From assembly GCA_038874215.1 (NCBI GenBank), contig JAVZCV010000007.1:1-18882 (forward strand): 18,882 bases of DNA, in the 5' to 3' direction. This document shows, piece by piece, positions 1 through 7,277 of the stretch. The notes under the pieces were generated by a model. It was given only the letters and a program-made list of their open reading frames with translations. It was not told the DNA's origin and searched no databases. Position 1 is the first letter of the stretch. Each line of letters opens with the position of its first letter. The position numbers and the translations under genes are program-made. The stretch is from Candidatus Micrarchaeia archaeon (GTDB lineage Archaea > Micrarchaeota > Micrarchaeia > Burarchaeales > JAVZCV01).

Positions 1-267
1 CTCTTGCGCCTTTTGCTCGCCACTCTAAACGTCATTCTTGTTATATGCCTGCTCTATATCTATGTACGAGATTACATCCGGCTTAGGTCAAATTTCACAC
101 TGGGGCTTATTGCCTTCCTCTTCTCCTTCCTCCTTTATGCAATCTCAACAATTCCGCTCATTCACATAATACTTGGCCCATATGTAGGACCAAGCATATT
201 CTCTTTTATACCGCTTCTCTTCAGCGCAATCGGCCTCATAATCTTTGCAAAGGTGAGCAATGAATGA
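1..267 (+). CDS. Small hydrophobic multi-pass membrane protein, probably 5'-truncated by the window edge
   Basis: Frame is open from position 1 to TGA at 265-267. Three hydrophobic segments and a 'YIRLRSNFTLGLIAF' motif resemble archaeal small membrane proteins that I recall next to ArsR-like regulators and ABC operons. Confidence 0.75.
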   Translation, partial: LLRLLLATLNVILVICLLYIYVRDYIRLRSNFTLGLIAFLFSFLLYAISTIPLIHIILGPYVGPSIFSFIPLLFSAIGLIIFAKVSNE

Positions 268-286
268 AACGCAAAACTTATTGCAT

Positions 287-320
287 AATTTGGGTAAAAT
301 TTTGGGAATAGTATTTATAC
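287..320 (+). promoter_or_regulatory. Promoter of the ABC operon: 11-bp direct repeats followed by a TATA box
   Basis: AATTTGGGTAA (287-297) and AATTTTGGGAA (298-308) match at 9/11. TTTATAC lies at 314-320, 21-27 nt before ATG 341, with no SD, consistent with a leaderless mRNA. Confidence 0.55.
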
Positions 321-340
321 AGACTGTCTGATAAAACTTT

Positions 341-1057
341 ATGGAAGAGCCGATTATAAGATTGGAGCACGTATGGAAGGAATACAGAGGCGAAGTGCCG
401 TTTGTTGCGATAAAAGATTTATCGCTTGAAATTTGCAGAGGCGAGCTCATATCAATTCTCGGTCCGTCCGGAAGCGGAAAGAGCACGTTGCTCCACCTTA
501 TCGGCCTCCTTGACACGCCGACAAGCGGCGAAATTTATATTTGCGGAAAGCCTTCATCCCATATGAGCACCAAAGAGAGAGCATTACTGCGCAGAAAAAC
601 CATAGGCTTCGTTTTTCAGGCCTTTAACCTTGCTCCAACCCTGACTGTTTTTGAAAACGTTGAGCTTCCCCTTATCATAAGCGAGGTGCCACGTGATAAG
701 AGAAGAGAAATTGTTTTGGAAAAACTGCGTGTGGTTGGGCTATCGGACAAACTCAGTAACAAGCCCTCACAACTCTCTGGCGGTGAGAAGCAACGCGTAG
801 CAATTGCCCGCTCACTTGCAAACAATCCTTCAATTCTTCTTGCAGATGAGCCGACGGGCAACCTTGATTCTGCCTCAAGCGCAGAGGTTATAGAATTCAT
901 CCTGAATTTGTGGAAGGAACAGCATATAACAGTTATATTCGTAACGCATGATTCAGCGATTGCATCGCATACAAACCGCATCATACGCATACGAGATGGT
1001 TGTATAGAGTCCGACACAAAAAAAGCAAAGAACGAAAAGGGGAGGTGCACGATATGA
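341..1057 (+). CDS. ABC transporter ATP-binding protein, LolD/MacB (SalX) family
   Basis: Walker A GPSGSGKST, Q-loop GFVFQAFNL, signature LSGGEKQRVAIAR, Walker B/D-loop ILLADEPTGNLD and H-loop VTHD. Confidence 0.96.
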   Translation: MEEPIIRLEHVWKEYRGEVPFVAIKDLSLEICRGELISILGPSGSGKSTLLHLIGLLDTPTSGEIYICGKPSSHMSTKERALLRRKTIGFVFQAFNLAPTLTVFENVELPLIISEVPRDKRREIVLEKLRVVGLSDKLSNKPSQLSGGEKQRVAIARSLANNPSILLADEPTGNLDSASSAEVIEFILNLWKEQHITVIFVTHDSAIASHTNRIIRIRDGCIESDTKKAKNEKGRCTI

Positions 1058-2628
1058 GAACAACCAGAACTCTGTTGCCTTGCGCGTTTTTATTAATATG
1101 CGTTGTTGCTGGATTTGCACAGCCGAGCCTTCAGGTAACAGGATACAGAGTAATCCCAGATGTTGTTTATCCAGGGACGATAGGGTATATCCAGCTTGAT
1201 GTGAAGAATACGGGAGACGATGCGGCTACGGCGGTTTCAGCAACATACATGTATGGAGGATGGCAGAATACTCTCACTACGGGGGAACTTTCAGCTGGCT
1301 CAACAACCCAAATTACAATACCATTCTCAGTTCCAGAAAATGCGAAAAGCGGCATCACGCTACGCACCATTGATATCTATTATTCTTATTCGGATGGAGG
1401 CGGGAGCGCATCAAAAAGAACGACATATACTGTGCCCATTTTTGTCTCACAAATAGACCCGCTTGAAGTGCGAACTTTATCGCATAATGTGGCAATTACT
1501 GCGGGGGAGCGGGCAAATATAGCCATAGAACTGAGGAATAAGGGTGGTGTAATCAACAATCTCGTCATAACAATGCCTGCGAACTCCTCGTTTGCGTTTG
1601 AGGGCGTATCCCAATATTCTTTAGGGAACATTCCGTATAACTCCACAAAGATTGTCAACATAACTCTCCGCTCAACACCCGATACTGCAACGGGCACGTA
1701 TAATATACCCCTGCTTTTCAGTTATCTTGATGCAAACAACCAGAGAATAAACCAAACGCTTTTCATAGGCCCTATTTGCGTTATGGAGACATCAGCGCAG
1801 TACCGTATTTCCCTTCATCCCCTTACGCCCGTTGAAGTCGGTTCAACCGCACTCTTCCACATATCAATAAAGAATATGGGGCAGGAAACTGTATCTGGTT
1901 TTATTGACATCAACAACACCGACGTTTTCACACCCATAGGCTCACAGCGCATATACTTTGATTCAATACCGCCCGGTGGGTCTTTCACAACGAATTTGAC
2001 GATAGGTATCGCAGCAACAAAAGAAGCAGGATACTATCCGCTTCCCATAAAACTCACCCCTTCAAGCGGTTCTCCAATATTTTTTACTGTTGGCATAGAG
2101 GTAGACGCAACGCCCGAAATAACTGTCAGCTTGACAACGAAAAACAGCAGACCATCAGTGCAAATTGTAAACACGGGAAACTGCCAAATAAGAAGCGTTT
2201 ATGCAAAGGCATATGTTAAGGGCACAAGCACAAGAACCGAGGATTTCATAGGCACGCTTGCAGTTGATGACTACTCCACGCTCTTCCTTGACGCTATTCC
2301 TTACCCTGGGCAGACTGTCGTAGTTGAAATTTCTTTTAGAGACACCAACAACATCAAACACACTATACGTGAGGAATTGCAGGTAGGCACGAGCGCAATA
2401 TATGCAGGAATTCGGCAACAGACAGGAGGGATTCCGCAAGCAGGCATAAACCGCAGTTTCGCCAGAACACCCGACCCGCTGCGCATGCTCCTAGGACCAA
2501 CGGCAGGCGAGCCTACGGCAACCAATCCGCTCAGCCTAGGCCTAATCATCGTCTTGGTTGGGGGAATAGCGGTCGTCATCTACTTCGCATACAGAAGGTG
2601 GAGAGGTAAAGCAAATGCAACTAAATGA
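1054..2628 (+). CDS. COG1361-type S-layer/Ig-like (CARDB-like) repeat surface protein with signal peptide and C-terminal TM anchor
   Basis: Start re-assigned to ATG 1054 because of SD GGAGGTG at 1041-1047 and the ATGA overlap with the ATPase stop. Signal peptide, repeated strands VKNTG, LRNKG, IKNMG and IVNTG, many NxS/T sequons, and a C-terminal TM followed by YRRWRGK. Confidence 0.85.
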   Translation: MRTTRTLLPCAFLLICVVAGFAQPSLQVTGYRVIPDVVYPGTIGYIQLDVKNTGDDAATAVSATYMYGGWQNTLTTGELSAGSTTQITIPFSVPENAKSGITLRTIDIYYSYSDGGGSASKRTTYTVPIFVSQIDPLEVRTLSHNVAITAGERANIAIELRNKGGVINNLVITMPANSSFAFEGVSQYSLGNIPYNSTKIVNITLRSTPDTATGTYNIPLLFSYLDANNQRINQTLFIGPICVMETSAQYRISLHPLTPVEVGSTALFHISIKNMGQETVSGFIDINNTDVFTPIGSQRIYFDSIPPGGSFTTNLTIGIAATKEAGYYPLPIKLTPSSGSPIFFTVGIEVDATPEITVSLTTKNSRPSVQIVNTGNCQIRSVYAKAYVKGTSTRTEDFIGTLAVDDYSTLFLDAIPYPGQTVVVEISFRDTNNIKHTIREELQVGTSAIYAGIRQQTGGIPQAGINRSFARTPDPLRMLLGPTAGEPTATNPLSLGLIIVLVGGIAVVIYFAYRRWRGKANATK

Positions 2629-3832
2629 CTTGGTGTTGCTTGCGCTGAAATCTCTACGCGCAAGGCGCCTACGTAGCTGGCTTGCCATTTTGGGGATAGT
2701 AATAGGCGTTGCCGCAATAATATCGCTTATTTCTGTGAGCATCGGGGCAAATGAAAATATACAGAAAAACATTAGGGGTCTTGGTGCGAATATAATAACC
2801 ATATCACCCGGAAACATTAGGGCACAGCGTTTTGTGTTTGGCGTGGGAGGCGGAGGTGGAGGAGGGGTTGGACAAAGCGAAATAAAACCAATAACTTTTA
2901 AGGAGGCAGACGAACTCCGTAAGATTGAAGGCATTGAGGCAATAGATGCAAGAGTCCAGTCAAATGCAAGGGTTGTTTTTAAGAATATGAATAGAAGCAT
3001 GACAATAGTAGGAACAGAGGCGCACGCATTCCCAAAAAGCACTGGCGCAACCCTTCTTGAAGGGCGGGCGTTTGAAGTTGGGGATAGGAAAGTCGCTGTT
3101 CTTGGCTATTCTGTTGCATACGAAACTTTTAATGAGAGCATGCTCGGCATGCAGATAAAAATTAGGGATGCTGCATTCCGCGTTATAGGAATCCTAAACA
3201 AAACAGGCGGTATGGGCGGACCTGACACGAGCATATTCATCCCACAAAAGGATGCGCGTGATTTGTTCAATATAACACAGCCAAGTTCTCTTGTTGTAAT
3301 AGCAGCCGACGGCTATGATCCAGAAGTGGTTGCATCAGAGGTAGCGGCGGAACTGCGTGCTCTTCATAGAATTGAATCAGAAGATGAGCAGGACTTTCGT
3401 GTTATTACGGCAGCAACAATTCAATCCACAATCTCTTCTGTAACTATGACACTTTCGCTTTTTCTGGGCGGCATCGCTGCAATTTCTTTAATTGTAGGCG
3501 GGATAGGTGTGGCAAATGCCATGTTTACGAGCGTGCTTGAGCAGACAAAATACATAGGGATACTGAAATCGCTCGGCGCAACAGATAGCGATATCCTCCT
3601 ACTTTTTCTTGTTGAGTCTGGGGTAATTGGATTGGTTGGCGGCATTCTCGGCATCGCATTAAGCTTTATCAGTTCCTCCATCCTCCACTATTTCAGCATT
3701 CCTTCAATAATAACTTCTGAACTCGTTCTGTTGGGTGTAGGCTTCTCTTTCATCGTCGGCGTCCTGTCGGGGCTGATGCCAGCACGGAACGCAGCATTAG
3801 TAGAACCTGTTGAGGCGCTTAGGTACGAGTAA
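2615..3832 (+). CDS. ABC transporter permease, MacB/FtsX family
   Basis: 'RSWLAILGIVIGVAAII' TM1, a large extracellular domain, 'ISLIVGGIGVANAM...EQTKYIGILKSLGA' and C-terminal 'PARNAALVEPVEALRYE'. Overlaps the upstream gene by 14 nt. Confidence 0.96.
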   Translation: MQLNDLVLLALKSLRARRLRSWLAILGIVIGVAAIISLISVSIGANENIQKNIRGLGANIITISPGNIRAQRFVFGVGGGGGGGVGQSEIKPITFKEADELRKIEGIEAIDARVQSNARVVFKNMNRSMTIVGTEAHAFPKSTGATLLEGRAFEVGDRKVAVLGYSVAYETFNESMLGMQIKIRDAAFRVIGILNKTGGMGGPDTSIFIPQKDARDLFNITQPSSLVVIAADGYDPEVVASEVAAELRALHRIESEDEQDFRVITAATIQSTISSVTMTLSLFLGGIAAISLIVGGIGVANAMFTSVLEQTKYIGILKSLGATDSDILLLFLVESGVIGLVGGILGIALSFISSSILHYFSIPSIITSELVLLGVGFSFIVGVLSGLMPARNAALVEPVEALRYE

Positions 3833-3851
3833 TGAGCTCTTGATTGACTGT

Positions 3852-5330
3852 CTATATTGATGTGCTATACTTTCTTCTGAATTCTTCAATTTTTTTGTTG
3901 CTCATCTCATTGAACTCTATCGGTGCAAGGAATGCCATAACCTGATGCTTTATATCCCAGCTCTTAAAACCTTCGTAGGTGCATGTCCTTGCACTGGTCT
4001 GGCCTGCCGCATAGTAGTGCCATACTCTGTGCGAAATTTTCTCCCATTTTCCATTAGCGCTCTTTACGTGCGTTGCTCCCAAAACATAGTGAATTTGGCC
4101 ATTCTCCTCTATGTAAGGAACTCCACCGAATGCCCAGTGGCCGTATCCCGCAGGCCTCCTAACGCGATAAACTGCCGCTAACCCTATATCAATAAGTTTA
4201 TCTGCATCAGTCCAATAGTTTTTTATGTTTGGGACTATATCACAGACTAGTCGATCACAATCATAACCACCCGCACGGTATGGGTGCGGCGCTCTTACAG
4301 TAAATTCATCTGCTTTTTTCACCATTCTCATAGTATCTTGGGCAGCGAAATAGAACCACGTAAGATACCGTAGGGTGTCGCCAGAATCAACAGCATTTCT
4401 AATTATATTTTCTGCAGCATTTGTTCTTGAGAAGAAATAAGCCGCACCGTCCGGAGATGCGATTCTCTGAATGTGCAAAAGCGCAATAGCGGCTTTGGAA
4501 TAAACCTCCCTGTTTGGGTATCTCCCTCTTTCACCGAACCAACGATCCAGAATCCCAAACATCGGTTTTATGCGGTCCATGTATTCGGCAGTCTGCCCTG
4601 TCGCCTTTGCAATGCGCACTATGAGGTCGGCCAGTGACGTTTTTCTACCAGATATTGGGTCATCTATTGGGGCGAAAAATTGCTTAACATCACCAGTGGC
4701 AACCGCAAGCTCCAGCAGTCTCGGTGCTATTCTCTCGTAGAAGGGGGTTGCATAATCAGAAAAACATGTATGCTGTATCCGCCCTAACTCACCCACAGCT
4801 AATTTATACACTTCCTCGTTGGGATACTGACCCTTTTTTCCAAAGTAACTTCCAGCTAACGTGCTTCCTGTGGGATGTGTGGTTAGACTACTATAACGCG
4901 AAGAAGGACATGGGAGTGGAGGTGGCATTGCTACTGGTCGTTTATCATTCTTATCTTTCTGCTCATGGAGTGCAGTAAGTCTGCCATATTCTTCTAGGAT
5001 ATCTCTCGCCCTATCTGCAGTGAGTCTTATTCCACTACTACCTCTTCTTCCCATTGCCTCCTGCCGAAGTTCTGCAAGCTCCCTGCTTATGTCCTCCCCG
5101 CGTCTTTTTCGCTCAAAAAGTTTTTGGGCATACCTCTCCATCTCACTTTTGGAAGAATACATCTCATAGAACTTTACCCATTCAGCAGCGGCAAGATCGC
5201 CTTCATTTTTCCGTTTGTACATGGAAAGGACGTATTCATCTATTTGGTAGGTCGTTTTCCCGAGGCGAGCATCACCAACAGCATGCCTGTATGCATCCTG
5301 CTCGCGATAGTTTATCTTAACAGCAGGCAT
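3852..5330 (-). CDS. Hypothetical cytoplasmic protein (~492 aa) with internal helical repeats and a candidate papain/transglutaminase-like C-terminal domain
   Basis: Long ORF. Start re-assigned to ATG 5330 (AGGTG SD upstream; minus-strand TATA TTTATATC at 5362-5369). Duplicated FGxxGxYPNxEVY motif, then YDCD ... GHWAF ... HYVLGAT. The CDS is well supported; the function is tentative. Confidence 0.75.
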   Translation of the reverse strand: MPAVKINYREQDAYRHAVGDARLGKTTYQIDEYVLSMYKRKNEGDLAAAEWVKFYEMYSSKSEMERYAQKLFERKRRGEDISRELAELRQEAMGRRGSSGIRLTADRARDILEEYGRLTALHEQKDKNDKRPVAMPPPLPCPSSRYSSLTTHPTGSTLAGSYFGKKGQYPNEEVYKLAVGELGRIQHTCFSDYATPFYERIAPRLLELAVATGDVKQFFAPIDDPISGRKTSLADLIVRIAKATGQTAEYMDRIKPMFGILDRWFGERGRYPNREVYSKAAIALLHIQRIASPDGAAYFFSRTNAAENIIRNAVDSGDTLRYLTWFYFAAQDTMRMVKKADEFTVRAPHPYRAGGYDCDRLVCDIVPNIKNYWTDADKLIDIGLAAVYRVRRPAGYGHWAFGGVPYIEENGQIHYVLGATHVKSANGKWEKISHRVWHYYAAGQTSARTCTYEGFKSWDIKHQVMAFLAPIEFNEMSNKKIEEFRRKYSTSI

Positions 5331-5456
5331 GTTCCCACCTAATTCCCCTACGAATTTTGCAGATATAAACAAATCTCCGACATACAACGAAGGAGGGCGC
5401 TACTGCTGAAGATAGTCTTTTATACATCATAGCACACAATATTATCAGGTGTTCTT

Positions 5457-6599
5457 GTGCAAGTTATGCGAACGGATATAGCAAGGTATAGGCAATTTAG
5501 GAAAACTATTGACGCTGCAGTAAGATGCGCACGCCAAGGCAAAATAGAGGATGCGCGGGCAGAGGCTTTAAGAGCATTCCAAGGCAGGCAGCTTGAGCTC
5601 GGCTTTCTGGAGGCTCGCTTTCTTTCACGCCGCGATAACAAGCCCATACGGTATGCGCTTTTTCTGGAAGAGCAGGCAAGGTTCTGCGAGCAGCTTGATG
5701 CACCCCAGCCTGTGAAAGACGCACTCATATCCTATTTCCGCAAATATGCACGAATAGGAGATTTTGAGGAAACCACCTATACACATCTTCTCAAAGTGCT
5801 TAGGGAAAACATGCCGAACTCCTTAAGGGTGTTGTTCCAGCTAAAGGAGTACTCTGAAAGAATACGAGAATGGTTTGCTGAAATTGATCAGCAACACAAA
5901 AGAGATGAAAAATATAGCGACGCTGGCCATGCATACCAATTCTGCTGGACGGCTACCCAGCTTCTTTCGTTGCTCATCTCCGAATATGGTGGAGAGAAGC
6001 TCGGCATTACTGCGACTTTGCTCGTGATTGAGGATGGAGCAATAGATTGGGTTAGCCTCCTTCATAAGAGAGGTTTCACCCGCTATGCGCCGTGCAACAG
6101 CCAGGCTGAAGAGGATAGTTTGTATACCATTAGTGGGATACGCGCAAGGCTTGGCCTTCCAGAACCGATGACGAGCAATTTTGAGGAGTTGTATGAGGAA
6201 CGTAAGGAAGAACTAAACAGAAACTTCCAATGGATGCTTGACCACGCTCACGAGCGCAACGGAGTTTTTTGTAGTGGAAAAAGAGCCACAGAAATATTAG
6301 TGCATCGTGGCGTTTGGCCCGATGTGATATTAACGGATATAGAACTTGGGGAAGGAAGGGCAAACGGGCTCCAAATTGCACGAAAAATGAGAGAAGAAGC
6401 GAACCGCGAAGGCGCCAACCCAGTGATAGCTGTTTATTCTTCAAACATAGAAAAGTACAGAGCAGAATTGGACCAACTTGTGCATGAAGGGGTAATAGAC
6501 TTTTACTTTGATAAAAGTGCATGGAGTGAAGTTGATGGAATTATACGCTCATTTAGAGAAGCGCTGACAAGGAGAAGGAATAGCGGTAGGAAGGAATAG
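5457..6599 (+). CDS. Response-regulator receiver-domain protein with a helical N-terminal region and a large insertion inside the receiver domain
   Basis: LLVIED, PDVILTDIEL, NGLQIAR, VIAVYSS and DFYFDKS match the conserved receiver elements. GTG start with AGGTG at 5447-5451 and TATA TTTTATAC at 5418-5425. Confidence 0.75.
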   Translation: MQVMRTDIARYRQFRKTIDAAVRCARQGKIEDARAEALRAFQGRQLELGFLEARFLSRRDNKPIRYALFLEEQARFCEQLDAPQPVKDALISYFRKYARIGDFEETTYTHLLKVLRENMPNSLRVLFQLKEYSERIREWFAEIDQQHKRDEKYSDAGHAYQFCWTATQLLSLLISEYGGEKLGITATLLVIEDGAIDWVSLLHKRGFTRYAPCNSQAEEDSLYTISGIRARLGLPEPMTSNFEELYEERKEELNRNFQWMLDHAHERNGVFCSGKRATEILVHRGVWPDVILTDIELGEGRANGLQIARKMREEANREGANPVIAVYSSNIEKYRAELDQLVHEGVIDFYFDKSAWSEVDGIIRSFREALTRRRNSGRKE

Positions 6600-6619
6600 A
6601 AAAGTGGATATTATTCTTA

Positions 6620-7225
6620 TCAAAAACCAGCAAACCTAACCAAAACATCCCAATACGCAACGAAACCACTTATTATTGATAGTACTGCAAGGAATGCTGT
6701 GATATAACCTAACGCACAATGTGGTTGTCTCCCAAAATATGCGGTGATAAACGGCATTAAAGATAGTAAGAAGGATGCGAAGCCGAGCAGGTTATGCAAT
6801 CCACGCAGGTTTATATCAAAAGAAATCCCATATAGAAATGAGGACGCCAAACTAACGAAACCAGCAATTGCCATAAAATATGCTATTTCCTTATGGTACT
6901 GTGGTTTTCGCATACTGAACTGAACTCCCAGATATAGAATTAGGATTGCGGCGGATACTGCTGTTATGGAATGAAGCACGAAGTATAGCCTATGCATTCC
7001 CCTGGCAAAAGGCTCATTCTCTATTCCCTTGCTGGCGGGCGGGTCATCTATTGGGGCAGGCTGCGAATAATCACAGATTTGGTCGGCGTTTTTATCAACG
7101 TATCTCCCACAGCTTCCAGGATATGTATCGTTAACCATGCCGAAAGGACAGGAATTGTAAGACGAAGCTATGTCGGTGAGAAGAAAAACAACAAATATGA
7201 TGGGAAGTAATTTACAACCGCGCAT
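6620..7225 (-). CDS. Membrane protein: signal peptide, Cys-motif extracellular domain and four-TM, four-His cytochrome b561-like domain
   Basis: Start re-assigned to ATG 7225, which removes the overlap with sua5 and gives signal peptide MRGCKLLPIIFVVFLL. Contains CPFGMVNDTYPGSCGRYVDKNADQICD and one His near the start of each of four TM helices. Confidence 0.7.
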   Translation of the reverse strand: MRGCKLLPIIFVVFLLTDIASSYNSCPFGMVNDTYPGSCGRYVDKNADQICDYSQPAPIDDPPASKGIENEPFARGMHRLYFVLHSITAVSAAILILYLGVQFSMRKPQYHKEIAYFMAIAGFVSLASSFLYGISFDINLRGLHNLLGFASFLLSLMPFITAYFGRQPHCALGYITAFLAVLSIISGFVAYWDVLVRFAGF

Positions 7226-7277
7226 GCATTTCCATTTAATGAGTAAAAATATAAAATTCTCATAGCCAGCTGATTGT

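Noticed and set aside
1000..1053. N-terminal extension of the COG1361 ORF; likewise extensions 5331-5387, 7226-7330 and 8809-8907
   Set aside because: They overlap neighbouring genes or promoters, and downstream ATGs have better SD, TATA or signal-peptide support.
2839..2872. Poly-glycine run GVGGGGGGGVG in the permease as a slippage or phase-variation site
   Set aside because: Codons are mixed (GGA/GGC/GGT/GGG) with no long homopolymer, and Gly-rich loops are common at this position in MacB-type permeases.
5280..5297. DAYRHA motif resembling the DAFRH motif of DUF6973-like domains
   Set aside because: The downstream HE...D-x2-NN elements are not at a compatible spacing, and a six-residue match alone is not enough.
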